Shown here piece after piece: positions 9,147 to 19,750 of a stretch of DNA of 64,000 nt. Made by a program: the position numbers and the translations under genes. The stretch is from positions 155,796-219,795 of the forward strand of contig OY970255.1 of the NCBI GenBank assembly GCA_963715595.1. Reading direction: 5' to 3'. The notes under the pieces were generated by a model. That model saw only the letters and a list, made by a program, of their open reading frames with translations, did no database searches and had not been told where the DNA came from. Each line of letters opens with the position of its first letter. Within the stretch, counting starts at the first letter, position 1. The DNA is from an uncultured Actinomycetota bacterium (GTDB lineage: Bacteria; Actinomycetota; Actinomycetes; Actinomycetales; CAWJMD01).

Positions 9147-10931
9147 TCAGCCGCAGGTGCGTCCGGCGGCGTCCTGCGCGCCGTCGACCGGCCGCACCAG
9201 CGGCTGCACCTGCACCCGGGGCACGTCCGGGTCGCCGGCCAGGCGGGCGACCAGCGTGGTCGTGGTGCCCGGTGCGAGGTCGACGCTGGTGCGCACCACC
9301 TGCCACCCGCGCAGGGGGTCGACGGCGACGTCCTGGGTGGCGCCGTCGACGGTCAGCCCGGCCAGGCCGCGGGTGGGCGGCAGCAGCAACGACAGCGTCA
9401 CCCGGTGCGAGAAGGGGTCGAGCCCGTCGAGGTGGCTCTGCGCGTAGTCGGGGAGCGTGGGCGGCGGGGCGTAGTCGAGCGACACCTCGACGAGCGGCCC
9501 GTCGTCGCACCGGGCGGCCACGGCGACCCGCAGGTACTGGTCGAGCTTGGACGCGTCGATGTTGGTGAGGTGCAGCCGCACCTGGTCGGTCGCCACGTCG
9601 GCGTCGGGCAGGTGCCCGGCGACGCCGGCGCCGACCAGCGCCTCCTGGACCTGCGGGTCAGCCGACCACAGCTGCACGTGCCGGTCGACCAGCGACCGGC
9701 CGACGGCCTGCCCCACGGCGGGGTCGCCCCAGTCGGCCTCGAGCAGCGAGTCGAAGACGCCGACCATGACGGCGGACAGGTAGGCGCGCCGGGCGGCGTC
9801 GTCGTCGGCGAAGGTGCGGTAGGCGTCGGCCTGGACGACCTGGACGAGGTTCTCGCGGGTCAGGGGCGGGCCGCCCGGCACCTCGACCGAGCCGGTGGCG
9901 CCGAGCACCCGGGCCAGGGCCACGACGTCGATGCCGACCACGCCGTCCGGTGCGGGCCGGCCCTGCGCGGTCCAGACCTCGCTCAGCAGCCCGGCCGCCA
10001 CCGGGAAGTCGGGGACGAGGTTGACGTTCGGGCTGAGCGCGAGGTCCTGGCCGTACAGCGCCAGCACCTCCTCGGGCAGCTCGGGCAGGCGGCCGCGCAA
10101 CGACTCCAGGTCGTCGTTGGCCCCGGTCTCGAGCAGCGACACCGCGCCGCCGTCGACCTCCAGCAGCGCCCAGCTGCCCACGATGCCGCCGGTCGGACGC
10201 GCCTCCGCCAGGTTCTGGGCGGCGAGCAGGTACGAGCGGGGGCCGTCGGCGCCGAGCGCGCCGGGCAGCACGGCGAGCAGGCCGTCGGCGCGCCGCACCT
10301 GGTCGTCGAGCTCGACCAGCGCGGCGACGGCGTCGAGGGTGCGCTGCTCCAGCGGCGGCACCATCGCGGTGGCGTCGACGCCCTCGACGTCGGCGCGCAG
10401 CCGCGCGCTGGTCGCCGCCGCACCGGCCACGACGTCGCCCGCCCCCCGCAGCGCGACCAGGTCGACGGCGCCCGCCGGGGCCTGCTCCTGGGCGGCGAGG
10501 AAGGCGCGGGCGGCGCCGAGGGACGGGACGACGACCTCCGCGGCCGCCGCGTGGGAGGAGGTGGCGAGGGTGCGGACGCCGCGGACGTCGTCGCCGACGA
10601 CCGGCACGAGCGAGGCCACGGCGAACGGGACGCTTCCGGCCGCGCCGTCGGCCCGCTCGAGGTGCTCGGCCGCCTGCTGGGCGCGGGAGTGGGCCAGGTC
10701 GAGGTCGCGCGCCGCCAGGGCGGCGCGGGCGCCGGTGAGCTCCTGCTCGCCGGCCCGTGCCTCGCGCGCCAGGACGTAGGCCTCCCAGCCGCCCCAGACG
10801 CCGAGCACCAGCACCGCCAGCAGCACCGCCTGCAGGCCGCGGCGCACCCAGGTGCGGGTCGCGCCCTCGGCCGGGCGCGTCGCGCTCTCGTCCGGTCGGG
10901 GTGCACCGCCGACGGTGTCGTGCTCCGTCAC
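9147..10931 (-). CDS. DUF4012 domain-containing membrane protein (typical of actinobacterial cell-envelope glycan loci)
   Basis: Intact ORF. It has an N-terminal TM (GLQAVLLAVLVLGVWGGW), a coiled region and the block YLLAAQNLAEARPTGGIVGSWALLEVDGGAVSLLETG, characteristic of DUF4012. GTG at 10931 is chosen as the start; the track ORF extends to 11012. Confidence 0.7.
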   Translation of the reverse strand: MTEHDTVGGAPRPDESATRPAEGATRTWVRRGLQAVLLAVLVLGVWGGWEAYVLAREARAGEQELTGARAALAARDLDLAHSRAQQAAEHLERADGAAGSVPFAVASLVPVVGDDVRGVRTLATSSHAAAAEVVVPSLGAARAFLAAQEQAPAGAVDLVALRGAGDVVAGAAATSARLRADVEGVDATAMVPPLEQRTLDAVAALVELDDQVRRADGLLAVLPGALGADGPRSYLLAAQNLAEARPTGGIVGSWALLEVDGGAVSLLETGANDDLESLRGRLPELPEEVLALYGQDLALSPNVNLVPDFPVAAGLLSEVWTAQGRPAPDGVVGIDVVALARVLGATGSVEVPGGPPLTRENLVQVVQADAYRTFADDDAARRAYLSAVMVGVFDSLLEADWGDPAVGQAVGRSLVDRHVQLWSADPQVQEALVGAGVAGHLPDADVATDQVRLHLTNIDASKLDQYLRVAVAARCDDGPLVEVSLDYAPPPTLPDYAQSHLDGLDPFSHRVTLSLLLPPTRGLAGLTVDGATQDVAVDPLRGWQVVRTSVDLAPGTTTTLVARLAGDPDVPRVQVQPLVRPVDGAQDAAGRTCG

Positions 10932-11142
10932 GGCGATGCCCCCCTGCGTCGTCCGGCGACGGTTGCGCCGGTCGGGCCAGGATAGGTGCCCGTCCGGGCG
11001 ACGATGGAGCAACGGGTCACCCCGACGTCCCCGGGGGGCCTAGCCTGGCAGCGGCGCGCGGCACCGCTGCCCGCGCCAGCGCTCCCGGTGGTCCACTCCC
11101 CGGGGCGCCCGACGAACCCGACGAACGCAGGGAGGGACCCCC

Positions 11143-11955
11143 GTGCGCCCAGACGAGCAGCCCGGACCCGGTGCCGCGACCGACCACGCGAGCGACCACG
11201 CGCTGGCGCGCGAGCTGGCGGCGCGTGCGGGGGAGGAGCTGGTGCGGGTGCGCGCCGAGCTCGAGGCGGCCGGGACCCCCGCGGCCGAGGTCAAGGACCG
11301 TGGCGACGCGGTGTCGCAGGAGCTGCTCGCGCGGCTGCTGGCCGAGCACCGTCCGGGCGACGCCGTGCTGAGCGAGGAGAGCACCGACGACCCCGTCCGG
11401 CTGCAGGCCGACCGGGTCTGGATCATCGACCCGCTCGACGGGACCCGGGAGTTCTCCGAGCCGGGCCGCACCGACTGGGCCGTGCACGTCGCCCTCTGGT
11501 CGCGCGGCGAGCTGGTGGCCGGCGCCGTCGGTCTGCCGGCGGCCGGCCTGGTGCTCGCCACCGACGACCCGCCGCCGGTGCCCCGGCGTCCGCAGGCACG
11601 GCTCCGCCTGGCGGTCAGCCGCTCCCGCCCGCCCGCCTTCGTCGACGAGCTGGCGACGCTGCTCGACGCCGAGCTGGTGCCGATGGGCTCCGCCGGGGTC
11701 AAGGCGGTCTCGGTGCTGCGCGGCGACGCCGACGCCTACGTGCACGCCGGCGGCCAGTACGAGTGGGACAACGCCGCCCCCGCCGCCGTCGCGGCCGCGT
11801 CGGGCCTGCACACCAGCCGCGTCGACGGCTCGCCGCTGCGCTACAACCAGCCCGACCCGAGCCTGCCGGACCTGCTGGTGTGCCGTCCGCAGGACGCGTC
11901 CGTCATCCTGGACGCCGTCCGCAGCATCGCCGACCGAGGGGCCGTCCGCGCATGA
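11143..11955 (+). CDS. cysQ: 3'(2'),5'-bisphosphate nucleotidase (PAP phosphatase)
   Basis: Intact ORF with IMPase-fold motifs LSEES, WIIDPLDGTREF and YEWDNAAP. The stop overlaps the cysD start (ATGA). Confidence 0.8.
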   Translation: MRPDEQPGPGAATDHASDHALARELAARAGEELVRVRAELEAAGTPAAEVKDRGDAVSQELLARLLAEHRPGDAVLSEESTDDPVRLQADRVWIIDPLDGTREFSEPGRTDWAVHVALWSRGELVAGAVGLPAAGLVLATDDPPPVPRRPQARLRLAVSRSRPPAFVDELATLLDAELVPMGSAGVKAVSVLRGDADAYVHAGGQYEWDNAAPAAVAAASGLHTSRVDGSPLRYNQPDPSLPDLLVCRPQDASVILDAVRSIADRGAVRA

Positions 11956-12863
11956 CCGACGTCTCGCAGTACCAGCTCACGCACCTGCAGGCCCTGGAGT
12001 CCGAGGCCGTCTTCGTCTTCCGCGAGGTCGTCTCCGAGCTCGAGAAGCCCGTGCTGCTGTTCTCCGGCGGCAAGGACTCGATCGTGATGCTGCACGTGGC
12101 GCGCAAGGCGTTCCACCCCGCACCCATCCCGTTCCCCGTGCTGCACGTCGACACCGGGCACAACTTCGCCGAGGTGCTCGAGCACCGCGACGCGACCGCC
12201 AGCGCCCTGCGCGTGCAGCTGCACGTCGCCAGCGTCCAGGACGCCATCGACCGCGGCCTCGTGCACGAGCCGCCGGACGGCACGCGCAACCGGATCCAGA
12301 CCCCGGTGCTGCTCGACGCGCTCGAGAAGCACCAGTTCACAGCGATCTTCGGCGGCGCGCGCCGCGACGAGGACAAGGCCCGCGCCAAGGAGCGGATGTT
12401 CTCGTTCCGCGACGAGTTCGGCCAGTGGGACCCGAAGAACCAGCGTCCCGAGCTGTGGAACCTCTACAACGGGCACATCCACGTCGGCGAGAGCATCCGG
12501 GTGTTCCCGCTGTCGAACTGGACCGAGCTCGACATCTGGCGGTACATCCAGCAGGAGCAGATCGACCTGCCGAGCATCTACTTCGCCCACGAGCGCGAGG
12601 TGTTCGACCGCGGCGGCATGCTCTACGGGGTGCACGAGGTCTGCCGCCCGCGCCCGAACGAGACCGTCTTCACCGAGACCGTGCGGTACCGCACCGTCGG
12701 TGACGCGAGCCTCACCGCGGCCGTGCGCTCCGACGCCGACACGATCGAGAAGATCATCGACGAGATCGCCACCACCCGCATCACCGAGCGCGGGCAGACC
12801 CGCGGCGACGACAAGTTCAGCGAGGCCTCCATGGAGGACCGCAAGCGCGAGGGGTACTTCTGA
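11952..12863 (+). CDS. cysD: sulfate adenylyltransferase subunit 2
   Basis: Intact ORF: LLFSGGKDSIVMLHVA (PP-loop), FGGARRDEDKARAKERMFSFRD, YFAHEREV, VGDASLT. Full-length CysD. Confidence 0.95.
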   Translation: MTDVSQYQLTHLQALESEAVFVFREVVSELEKPVLLFSGGKDSIVMLHVARKAFHPAPIPFPVLHVDTGHNFAEVLEHRDATASALRVQLHVASVQDAIDRGLVHEPPDGTRNRIQTPVLLDALEKHQFTAIFGGARRDEDKARAKERMFSFRDEFGQWDPKNQRPELWNLYNGHIHVGESIRVFPLSNWTELDIWRYIQQEQIDLPSIYFAHEREVFDRGGMLYGVHEVCRPRPNETVFTETVRYRTVGDASLTAAVRSDADTIEKIIDEIATTRITERGQTRGDDKFSEASMEDRKREGYF

Positions 12864-14116
12864 TGGACCTTCTGAGGTTCGCCACGGCCGGCTCGGTCGA
12901 CGACGGCAAGAGCACGCTCATCGGCCGGCTCCTCTACGACACCAAGAGCGTCCTGCAGGACCAGCTCGAGGCCGTCGAGCGGGTCAGCCGCGAGCGCGGC
13001 GACGAGTACGTCAACCTGGCGCTGCTCACCGACGGGCTGCGCGCCGAGCGCGAGCAGGGCATCACCATCGACGTCGCCTACCGGTACTTCTCCACGGCGC
13101 GGCGCAACTTCATCATCGCCGACACCCCCGGGCACATCCAGTACACCCGCAACATGGTGACCGGGGCCTCGACCGCCGACCTCGCGCTCGTCCTGGTCGA
13201 CGCCCGCAAGGGCATGCTCGAGCAGAGCCGCCGGCACGCGTTCCTGGCCACCCTGCTGCAGGTGCCGCACCTGGTGCTGTGCGTCAACAAGATGGACCTG
13301 GTCGGGTACGACCAGCAGGTCTTCGAGCAGATCCGCAGCGAGTTCCGCGCGTTCGCCGCCAAGCTGCAGGTGCCCGACCTGGTCGTCATCCCGGTCTCGG
13401 CGCTCGCGGGCGACAACGTCGTCACGCGCTCGGAGAACATGCCCTGGTACGAGGGCTCGAGCCTGCTGCACCACCTCGAGAACGTGCACGTCGCCAGCGA
13501 CCGCAACCTGATCGACGCGCGGCTGCCGGTGCAGTGCGTGATCCGGCCGCAGTCGGGCACGCACCTGGACTACCGCGGCTACGCGGGCCAGGTCGCGGGC
13601 GGGGTGCTGAAGCCCGGTGACGAGGTGATGGTGCTGCCGTCCGGCTTCACCTCGCGCATCGCGGCGATCGACACCGCCGACGGCCCGGTCGACGAGGCCT
13701 TCCCGCCGATGTCGGTCACCGTCCGGCTCGAGGACGAGCTCGACGTCTCGCGCGGCGACGTGATCTGCCGTCCGCACAACGCGCCGACGCCGACCCAGGA
13801 CGTCGACGCGATGCTGTGCTGGATGGACGAGCAGAGCACGCTCGAGCCGCGCCGCAAGTACCTGGTCAAGCACACCACGCGCACCGCGCGGGCGATGGTC
13901 AAGGACCTGCAGTACGTGCTCGACGTCAACACGCTGCACCGCGACGAGAAGGCGACGTCGTTGGGGCTCAACGAGATCGGCCGGGTGCAGCTGCGCACGA
14001 CGCAGCCGCTGCTGGTCGACGAGTACCGCCGCAACCGCACCACGGGGGCCTTCATCCTCATCGACGAGGCCACCCACCGCACCGTCGCGGCGGGCATGAT
14101 CACCTCGACGGCGTGA
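12863..14116 (+). CDS. cysN: sulfate adenylyltransferase subunit 1 (GTPase), without a fused APS kinase domain
   Basis: Intact ORF: FATAGSVDDGKSTLIGRLL (G1), DTPGH (G3), NKMD (G4). 417 aa. The start overlaps the cysD stop (TGATG). Confidence 0.95.
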   Translation: MDLLRFATAGSVDDGKSTLIGRLLYDTKSVLQDQLEAVERVSRERGDEYVNLALLTDGLRAEREQGITIDVAYRYFSTARRNFIIADTPGHIQYTRNMVTGASTADLALVLVDARKGMLEQSRRHAFLATLLQVPHLVLCVNKMDLVGYDQQVFEQIRSEFRAFAAKLQVPDLVVIPVSALAGDNVVTRSENMPWYEGSSLLHHLENVHVASDRNLIDARLPVQCVIRPQSGTHLDYRGYAGQVAGGVLKPGDEVMVLPSGFTSRIAAIDTADGPVDEAFPPMSVTVRLEDELDVSRGDVICRPHNAPTPTQDVDAMLCWMDEQSTLEPRRKYLVKHTTRTARAMVKDLQYVLDVNTLHRDEKATSLGLNEIGRVQLRTTQPLLVDEYRRNRTTGAFILIDEATHRTVAAGMITSTA

Positions 14117-15637
14117 GCCCCGCGGCGACCGAGCCGCCGGCCGAGCCCGGGCCGCGCCGGTCGGGCCTGCTGCGCAACTCCCTGATCTCGGTCGGGGCGA
14201 GCTTCGTGCTGCCGCTGACGGCGCTGATCACGGGTCCGCTCCTGGCGCGGGTGCTGGGGCCGGAGGGCCGCGGCCAGCTGGTCACGGTGCTCGCGCCGAT
14301 CATGATCATGAGCTTCGTCGCGTCGACCGGCGTGCTCGACGCCACCATCTTCAGCATCGGACGCCGGGGCGTCCCGTACGCGAAGGTGACGCGGGCCGCG
14401 TCCGGCCTGCTGCTCGCCTACGGCGTGGTCGGCGTGGCCGTGCTGTGGCTGGTCGCGCCGCTGCTCGCGCGCCAGGACCCCTCGCTCGTCGACGACATCA
14501 GGATCGCCGCGCTCGCCCTCCCGCTGCTGATGCTCGCGCTGATGCAGCGGTTCGCCCTCAACGGGCAGCGCTGGTACCGGCTGGCCAACCTCGAGCGGGT
14601 CAGCGCGGCGCTGCTGCGGCTGGCCGCCCTGGTGACCCAGGCGGCGCTCGGGGTGCTGACCGTCGTCGCCGCGGCCTGGGCGAACATCGGGTCCTCGATC
14701 GCGGCCGCCCTGCTGCTGCTGGTGATCAGCCGCCGCCGGCTGCGGCGCGAGGCCGGCACCGGCGCCGCCGCCGAGACGGCGGCCACGACCGAGGCCACCG
14801 CCGTCGTCCCGGACGTCGCCGGCGACGACGCGGCCGCACCGCCGCCGCGCGACGCGAGGCGACGACGCGAAGACCGACGACGCGAAGACCGACGACGCGA
14901 AGGCCGACGACGCGAAGGCCGACGGCCGGGGCGAGACCGCCTTCCTGGCCCGGTACGGGCTGCGCGCCTGGGGCTCGGTGCTGGGCAACCTGGTGAACTG
15001 GCGCGTCGACCAGGCCCTGCTCGCGCTGATGATCGCGCCCCGCCACGTCGGGTACTACGCGGTCGCGGTCAGCCTGTCGGAGCTGCCGGGCGCGGCGGCG
15101 GGCGTGGTGAAGAACGTGATCTTCGCCGAGGGGTCCACCCGGGACGACCCGCTGGTGGCGGCCCGCGCGGCGCGCACCATCGGCGCCGTGCTCGCGGTGT
15201 GCGCCGTCGGCGGCGTGCTCGTCGCGGGCCCCGCGGTGATCCTGCTGTTCGGGGAGCCGTTCCGGCCCGCGATCCCGCTGGCCCAGGTGCTGTTCGTGGC
15301 CACCGTCCCGTTCGTGGTCGAGCAGGCCGTCGGCGCGGGCCTGCTCGCGGCCGGGCGCCCCGGGCTGCGGACCATCGGGCAGCTGGTCTCGGCGACGATC
15401 ACGGTGGTCGCCCTGCTGCTGCTGGTGCCGCTGATCGGGGCGATGGGCGCCGCGGTCACGAGCCTGCTGGCCTACACCGTCAACGCCGCGCTGGCGGTGG
15501 CGTTCTTCCACCGCGTCTCGGGCCTGGCGGTGCACCGGATCGTCGTGGTGCGTCGCGAGGACGTGCAGGCGCTGCTGCGCCCGCTGCGCCGGTTGGGCAG
15601 CCGACGACCGCGCAGGCGTGACGACGATGCCGGCTGA
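14113..15637 (+). CDS. Wzx-like polysaccharide flippase (MOP superfamily) with a repeat-containing central loop; 1 frameshift inside the repeat
   Basis: The GTG at 14113 overlaps the cysN stop (GTGA). The N-half (about 6 TM, frame 1) reads LLRNSLISVGASFVLPLTALITGPLLARVLGPEGRG. The C-half (about 6 TM, frame 2) reads FLARYGLRAWGSVLGNLVNWRVDQALLALMI. The frame changes within 14851-14860. Confidence 0.7.
14851..14925 (+). repeat. 15-bp coding tandem repeat, 4 full units plus degenerate flanking units
   Basis: gacgacgcgaagacc x2 (14861-14890), then gacgacgcgaaggcc x2 (14891-14920), encoding DDAKT DDAKT DDAKA DDAKA in frame 2. The preceding partial unit gacgcgaggc is 2 nt shorter than gacgcgaaggcc, which is where the flippase frame breaks. 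Confidence 0.85.
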
Positions 15638-15740
15638 CCTCACCCGAACGGACCACATGGGGCACAACCGGTCACCCAGCGCGACCACCGCCGGTTACGC
15701 TGGGACCGGCTCGGGGACCGACGTCAGGACGGCAGGAACC

Positions 15741-18670
15741 ATGCAGCACACCACCGAGGGCCGACGCGGTCGCGCCGGCTCGCTCGTCCGTCCGCTCGTC
15801 GTCGCCGCCGCGGCCGCGGCGCTCGTCCTCGGGGCGGTGCCGGCGGCCGCCCCCGCCCAGGCGGCGTCGACGGTCGACTTCCTCGTGAACAACGCCGGCG
15901 ACGCCGGCGACGCCCGCATCGACGGCGTCTGCGCCACGTCGACGCGGGTGTGCACGCTGCGAGCCGCCATGCAGGAGGCCAACCAGCACCCTGCCCACGC
16001 GGTCATCGGCTTCGACCTGCCCGCGGGCAGCACCATCGCCGTCGGCTCGCGGTTGCCGGCGATGCTCAACCCGGCGGGCACCACCATCGACGGCTACACC
16101 CAGCCCGGTGCGGCACCGAACACCGCCGCCCACGGCAGCAACGCGGTCCTCGACGTGCGCGTGCGGGGCAGGGGCGCGGCGGCCTTCCACGGCCTGGTCG
16201 TGCAGTCCCCGGGCAACGTCGTGCGCGGCATCGCCATCTACGACTTCCGCATCGCGATCCAGATCACCGGCCCGACGGTCACCGGCACCGTCCTGACGGG
16301 CAACTTCATCTGCACCGACCCGGCCGGCACCTTCGGTGCCGCGGCGCTCAACGGCGGCGCCGCAGGGGTGGTCATCAACGACGCGGCGCACGCGAACACG
16401 ATCGGCGGCCCGCTCCTCACGGACCGCAACGTCATCTCGGGCTGCGCCCACCGCGGCGTGATCATCAGCTACACCGGCGCCGACGACAACGTCGTGCAGA
16501 ACAACGTCGTGGGCCTGACCCCGAGCGGCGACGCCGCGCTGCCCAACCTGTCGCACGGCCTCGACGTCAACTACACGGCCCAGGACAACCTGTTCATCGG
16601 CAACGTGGTGTCCGGCAACGTCGGCAACGGCATCGAGATCTCCCACGGCAACGCCAACCGCCGCAACGACGTCGTCGACAACCTCGTCGGCACCACGGTC
16701 GACGGCACCGGCGTCGCCCCGTGGACGGCGAACCAGACCTACGGCGTGCGGCTCGAGGGCAACTACCCGTGCGACGCGCCGTGCCCGCCGAACTCCGGCT
16801 ACTCGACCGTCACCGGCAACGTGATCGTGAACAACGTCGGCGGCGGTTTGTTCATCGACAAGGGCAACTCCTTCAACCAGGTGAGGGACAACCGGATCGG
16901 CGTCCTGGCCGACGGCACCCCGGCGGGCAACCCCGAGTTCGGCGTCCGCATCGAGTACGGCTCGTCCGGCAACGTCATCGGCCCCGGCAACGAGATCGCC
17001 TACAACCAGCGTGGTGTGCAGATGGTCGCGACGGGGAGCCAGCCGCCCAGCGGGGGAGTCACCTCGGTCGTGCGCGGCAACACCCTGACCCGCAACAGCC
17101 TGCACGACAACGAGCGGCTCGGGATCGACCTCGCGCCCGCTGACCAGCGGTCAACGTCGGCGGGGTCGGTGACGACCAGGTGCAGGACGCCGTCCAGGCG
17201 CCGACGATCACGCTCGCCACGTCCAGCGTCGTGGAGGGCACCGCGTGCGCGGGGTGCACGGTCGAGGTCTTCGGGTCCGACGCCGCCACGGTCACCGGCA
17301 CCCCGTCTCCCGACAACTTCGGCGAAGGACGCGACTACGTCGGCACCGCCGTCGCGGGGTCCGACGGCCGGTGGTCGGTCGTCCCGTCGGGCGTCGGGGC
17401 GGCTGCAGGTCGGCTGGTGACGGCGAACGCCACCACCCCGCCGGTCCGGCCGATGCCCGGCAGCACCTCGGAGTTCTCCCGCAACGTCGTCGTCGCCGCG
17501 CCCGCCGGCGCGCCCGTGCTGCAGTCGACCACGCCCGCCGACGGCGCCACCGTCGCCTCCGCCGACTCCGTCGTGCTGACCTTCGACCGGGCGCTCGACG
17601 CCTCGTCGTCGGCCCAGCTGTCGCGCACCGGCGGTGGCGACGTGGCCACCCAGGTCTCGGTCGGCGGCGACGGCCGGTCGCTGGTGCTGGTCCCCGAGGC
17701 CGCCCTCCCCGACGGCGCCTACCAGGTGCAGGCGAGTGCCGTCGCCGCCGGCGGTGGCGCCGCGACCCAGGTGAGCACGGGCTTCACGGTGCGCACGACG
17801 CCTGCCGAGACCGCCGCGCCGACGGTCGACGCGCCCGCCGTGGTCGACGCCGCGGCCGACGGGCAGCTCGTCGTCTCCGGCGGCGCGACGGCCGGTGCCC
17901 TGGTCACCGTCACGGCGAGCGACGGGTCGCGGCAGGTCGTGGGCTCCGCCTCGGCGGACGGCGGCGGCCGGTGGAGCACGACGCTCGACCTGCGCACCCT
18001 CGCCGACGGGACGGTGGGCCTGACCGCCGTCGCCGAGGCGGGAGGCGCCACCTCGTCCCCCACCAGCGCCAGCACCGAGAAGTGGTCGGTGCTGCCGGGC
18101 GCCCCGACGATCGTCCAGATCCCGACCACCGCGTCGAGGGCGACCGTGTCGTGGACCGCCCCCGACCTGGGCGGGGCCCCGCTCGACGCCTACCGGGTGC
18201 AGGTGACCGGCACGCTCAGCGGCACCCGCCAGCTGTCGACGGCCTCGACCCAGCTCACGGTCTCCGGGCTCACCGCGGGCGACCAGCTCACCGTCACGGT
18301 GCAGGCGGTCACCCGGGCCGGTGCGGGACCGGCCTCCGCGCCCGTGTCGGCGTTCGTCGGCTCGACCGCCGCCCGCACCCGCATCAGCCGAGGCCTGAGC
18401 GCCTCGAGCGTCCCGGCGGGCGGGACGGTGACGATGTCGGGCCAGCTCGTCCACGCCGACAGCGGACGCCCCGTGGCCGGCGCACGGGTCGAGGTGTTCC
18501 GCGAGGGCGTCGCAGCGGCCGTGGCCGGTCCGGTGCGCACGGCGGCCGACGGCACCTACTCCATCCCGTTCACGGTGCCGTCCTCGGGTCGGTACTACGC
18601 GAAGTCGCTGCCCGGCAACGGGTTCGCCGGCGCCAAGTCGCCGTTGACGTCGACCGTCAGGGCGACCTGA
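15741..18670 (+). CDS. secreted right-handed beta-helix protein (CSLREA-type N-terminus) with Ig-like, FN3 and prealbumin-like C-terminal domains; 1 frameshift
   Basis: Signal peptide MQHTTEGRRGRAGSLVRPLVVAAAAAALVLGAVPAAAPAQA. CTLRAAMQEAN motif. Many parallel beta-helix repeats (NVVxGN, GIEIS, VxNN). LGIDLAP...GVNVGGVGDD block, with the frame shift 3>2 near 17148. An FN3-like segment ATVSWTAPDLGGAPLDAYRVQVTG follows. Confidence 0.7.
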
Positions 18671-18685
18671 GTGGTGGGCGCAGCG

Positions 18686-19747
18686 ATGCGGGTCACCTAC
18701 GTGGTGCCGAGAGCGGGGGGCCACGGCGGCATCCAGCAGTTCGCGCACGGCGTCGAGCCGCTGCTCGGCGACGACGTGCGGGTGCGGGTCGAGAGCTGGG
18801 CGGCGCCCGGCCGGCTCGCCCGCGCGCGCGCCGTCGCCGAGGAGGTCGGGCGCCGTCGCGTCCCGGTGGCCCCGCCGGGCGCCGGCGCCGCCGACCTGGT
18901 GCACCACTGGCACGTGCGCGCCGCCCTCGGTCGCACCGACCGGCGCACCGTCGTCACGTGCCACGGCACGGAGGTGATGCCGGCGGGGCTGCCGCGCTGG
19001 GAGCGCGCCGCCGTCCGCTCGGTGCTCGCGCGCGCCGACGCCGTCGTCGCCAACAGCACCTGGACCCGCGACCTGCTGCTGCGCGAGCACGCCCTCGACC
19101 CCGGCCGGGTGCGCCTGGTGCACCCGGGCGTGGCGCCGTCGCCGCACGGACGGGTGCGTCCGGCGTCCTCCCGCCCGGTGGTCGGGACGCTGACGCGCCT
19201 GGTGCCGCGCAAGAACGTCGGGGTGGTGGTCGAGGCGGTGCGCCACCTCGTCCACGACCGCGGGGTCGACCTGGTCTACCGCCTGGCCGGCGACGGCCCG
19301 CAGCGCGAGGACATCCTGCGCGGGCTCGAGGCGGCCGACGTCGACCACGAGTACCTCGGGCCCGTCACCGAGGAGCGCAAGACGGCCGAGTTCTACCCCG
19401 GCCTGGACGTCTTCGTGCTGCCGGCGCTCGAGACGGCCACGGACGTCGAGGGGTTCGGCATCGTCTACCTCGAGGCCAACGCCGCCGGTACCCCGGTCGT
19501 GGCGGCGCCCACCGGCGGTGTCGTCGACGCCGTGCAGGACGGGCAGAGCGGGCTGTTCTCCGACCCGCACGACCCGCACGACGTCGCGCGCGCGGTGCTC
19601 GAGGTGCTCGAGGACCGCGAGGCCTACAGCCGCGGGTCGCTGGCGTGGGCCGAGGCCAATTCGGTGAAGGCCAGTGCAGCGGGCTTCCGGGCTCTCTACG
19701 ATGAGATCGTGGTGGGGTCGAGCAGCAGCGTGGACGGGGGGGCGTAG
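18686..19747 (+). CDS. GT4-family glycosyltransferase
   Basis: Intact ORF: MRVTYVVPRAGGHGGI...GTLTRLVPRKNV...EGFGIVYLEANAAGTPVVAAPTGGVVDAVQDGQSGL (the E-x7-E region of retaining GT-B enzymes). Confidence 0.8.
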   Translation: MRVTYVVPRAGGHGGIQQFAHGVEPLLGDDVRVRVESWAAPGRLARARAVAEEVGRRRVPVAPPGAGAADLVHHWHVRAALGRTDRRTVVTCHGTEVMPAGLPRWERAAVRSVLARADAVVANSTWTRDLLLREHALDPGRVRLVHPGVAPSPHGRVRPASSRPVVGTLTRLVPRKNVGVVVEAVRHLVHDRGVDLVYRLAGDGPQREDILRGLEAADVDHEYLGPVTEERKTAEFYPGLDVFVLPALETATDVEGFGIVYLEANAAGTPVVAAPTGGVVDAVQDGQSGLFSDPHDPHDVARAVLEVLEDREAYSRGSLAWAEANSVKASAAGFRALYDEIVVGSSSSVDGGA

Positions 19748-19750
19748 TCG

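Noticed and set aside
12863-14116. A possible CysN-CysC fusion, as in mycobacterial CysNC.
   Set aside because: The ORF stops at 417 aa straight after the EF-Tu-like domains. No APS-kinase P-loop follows. The APS kinase is encoded separately at 40807-42109.
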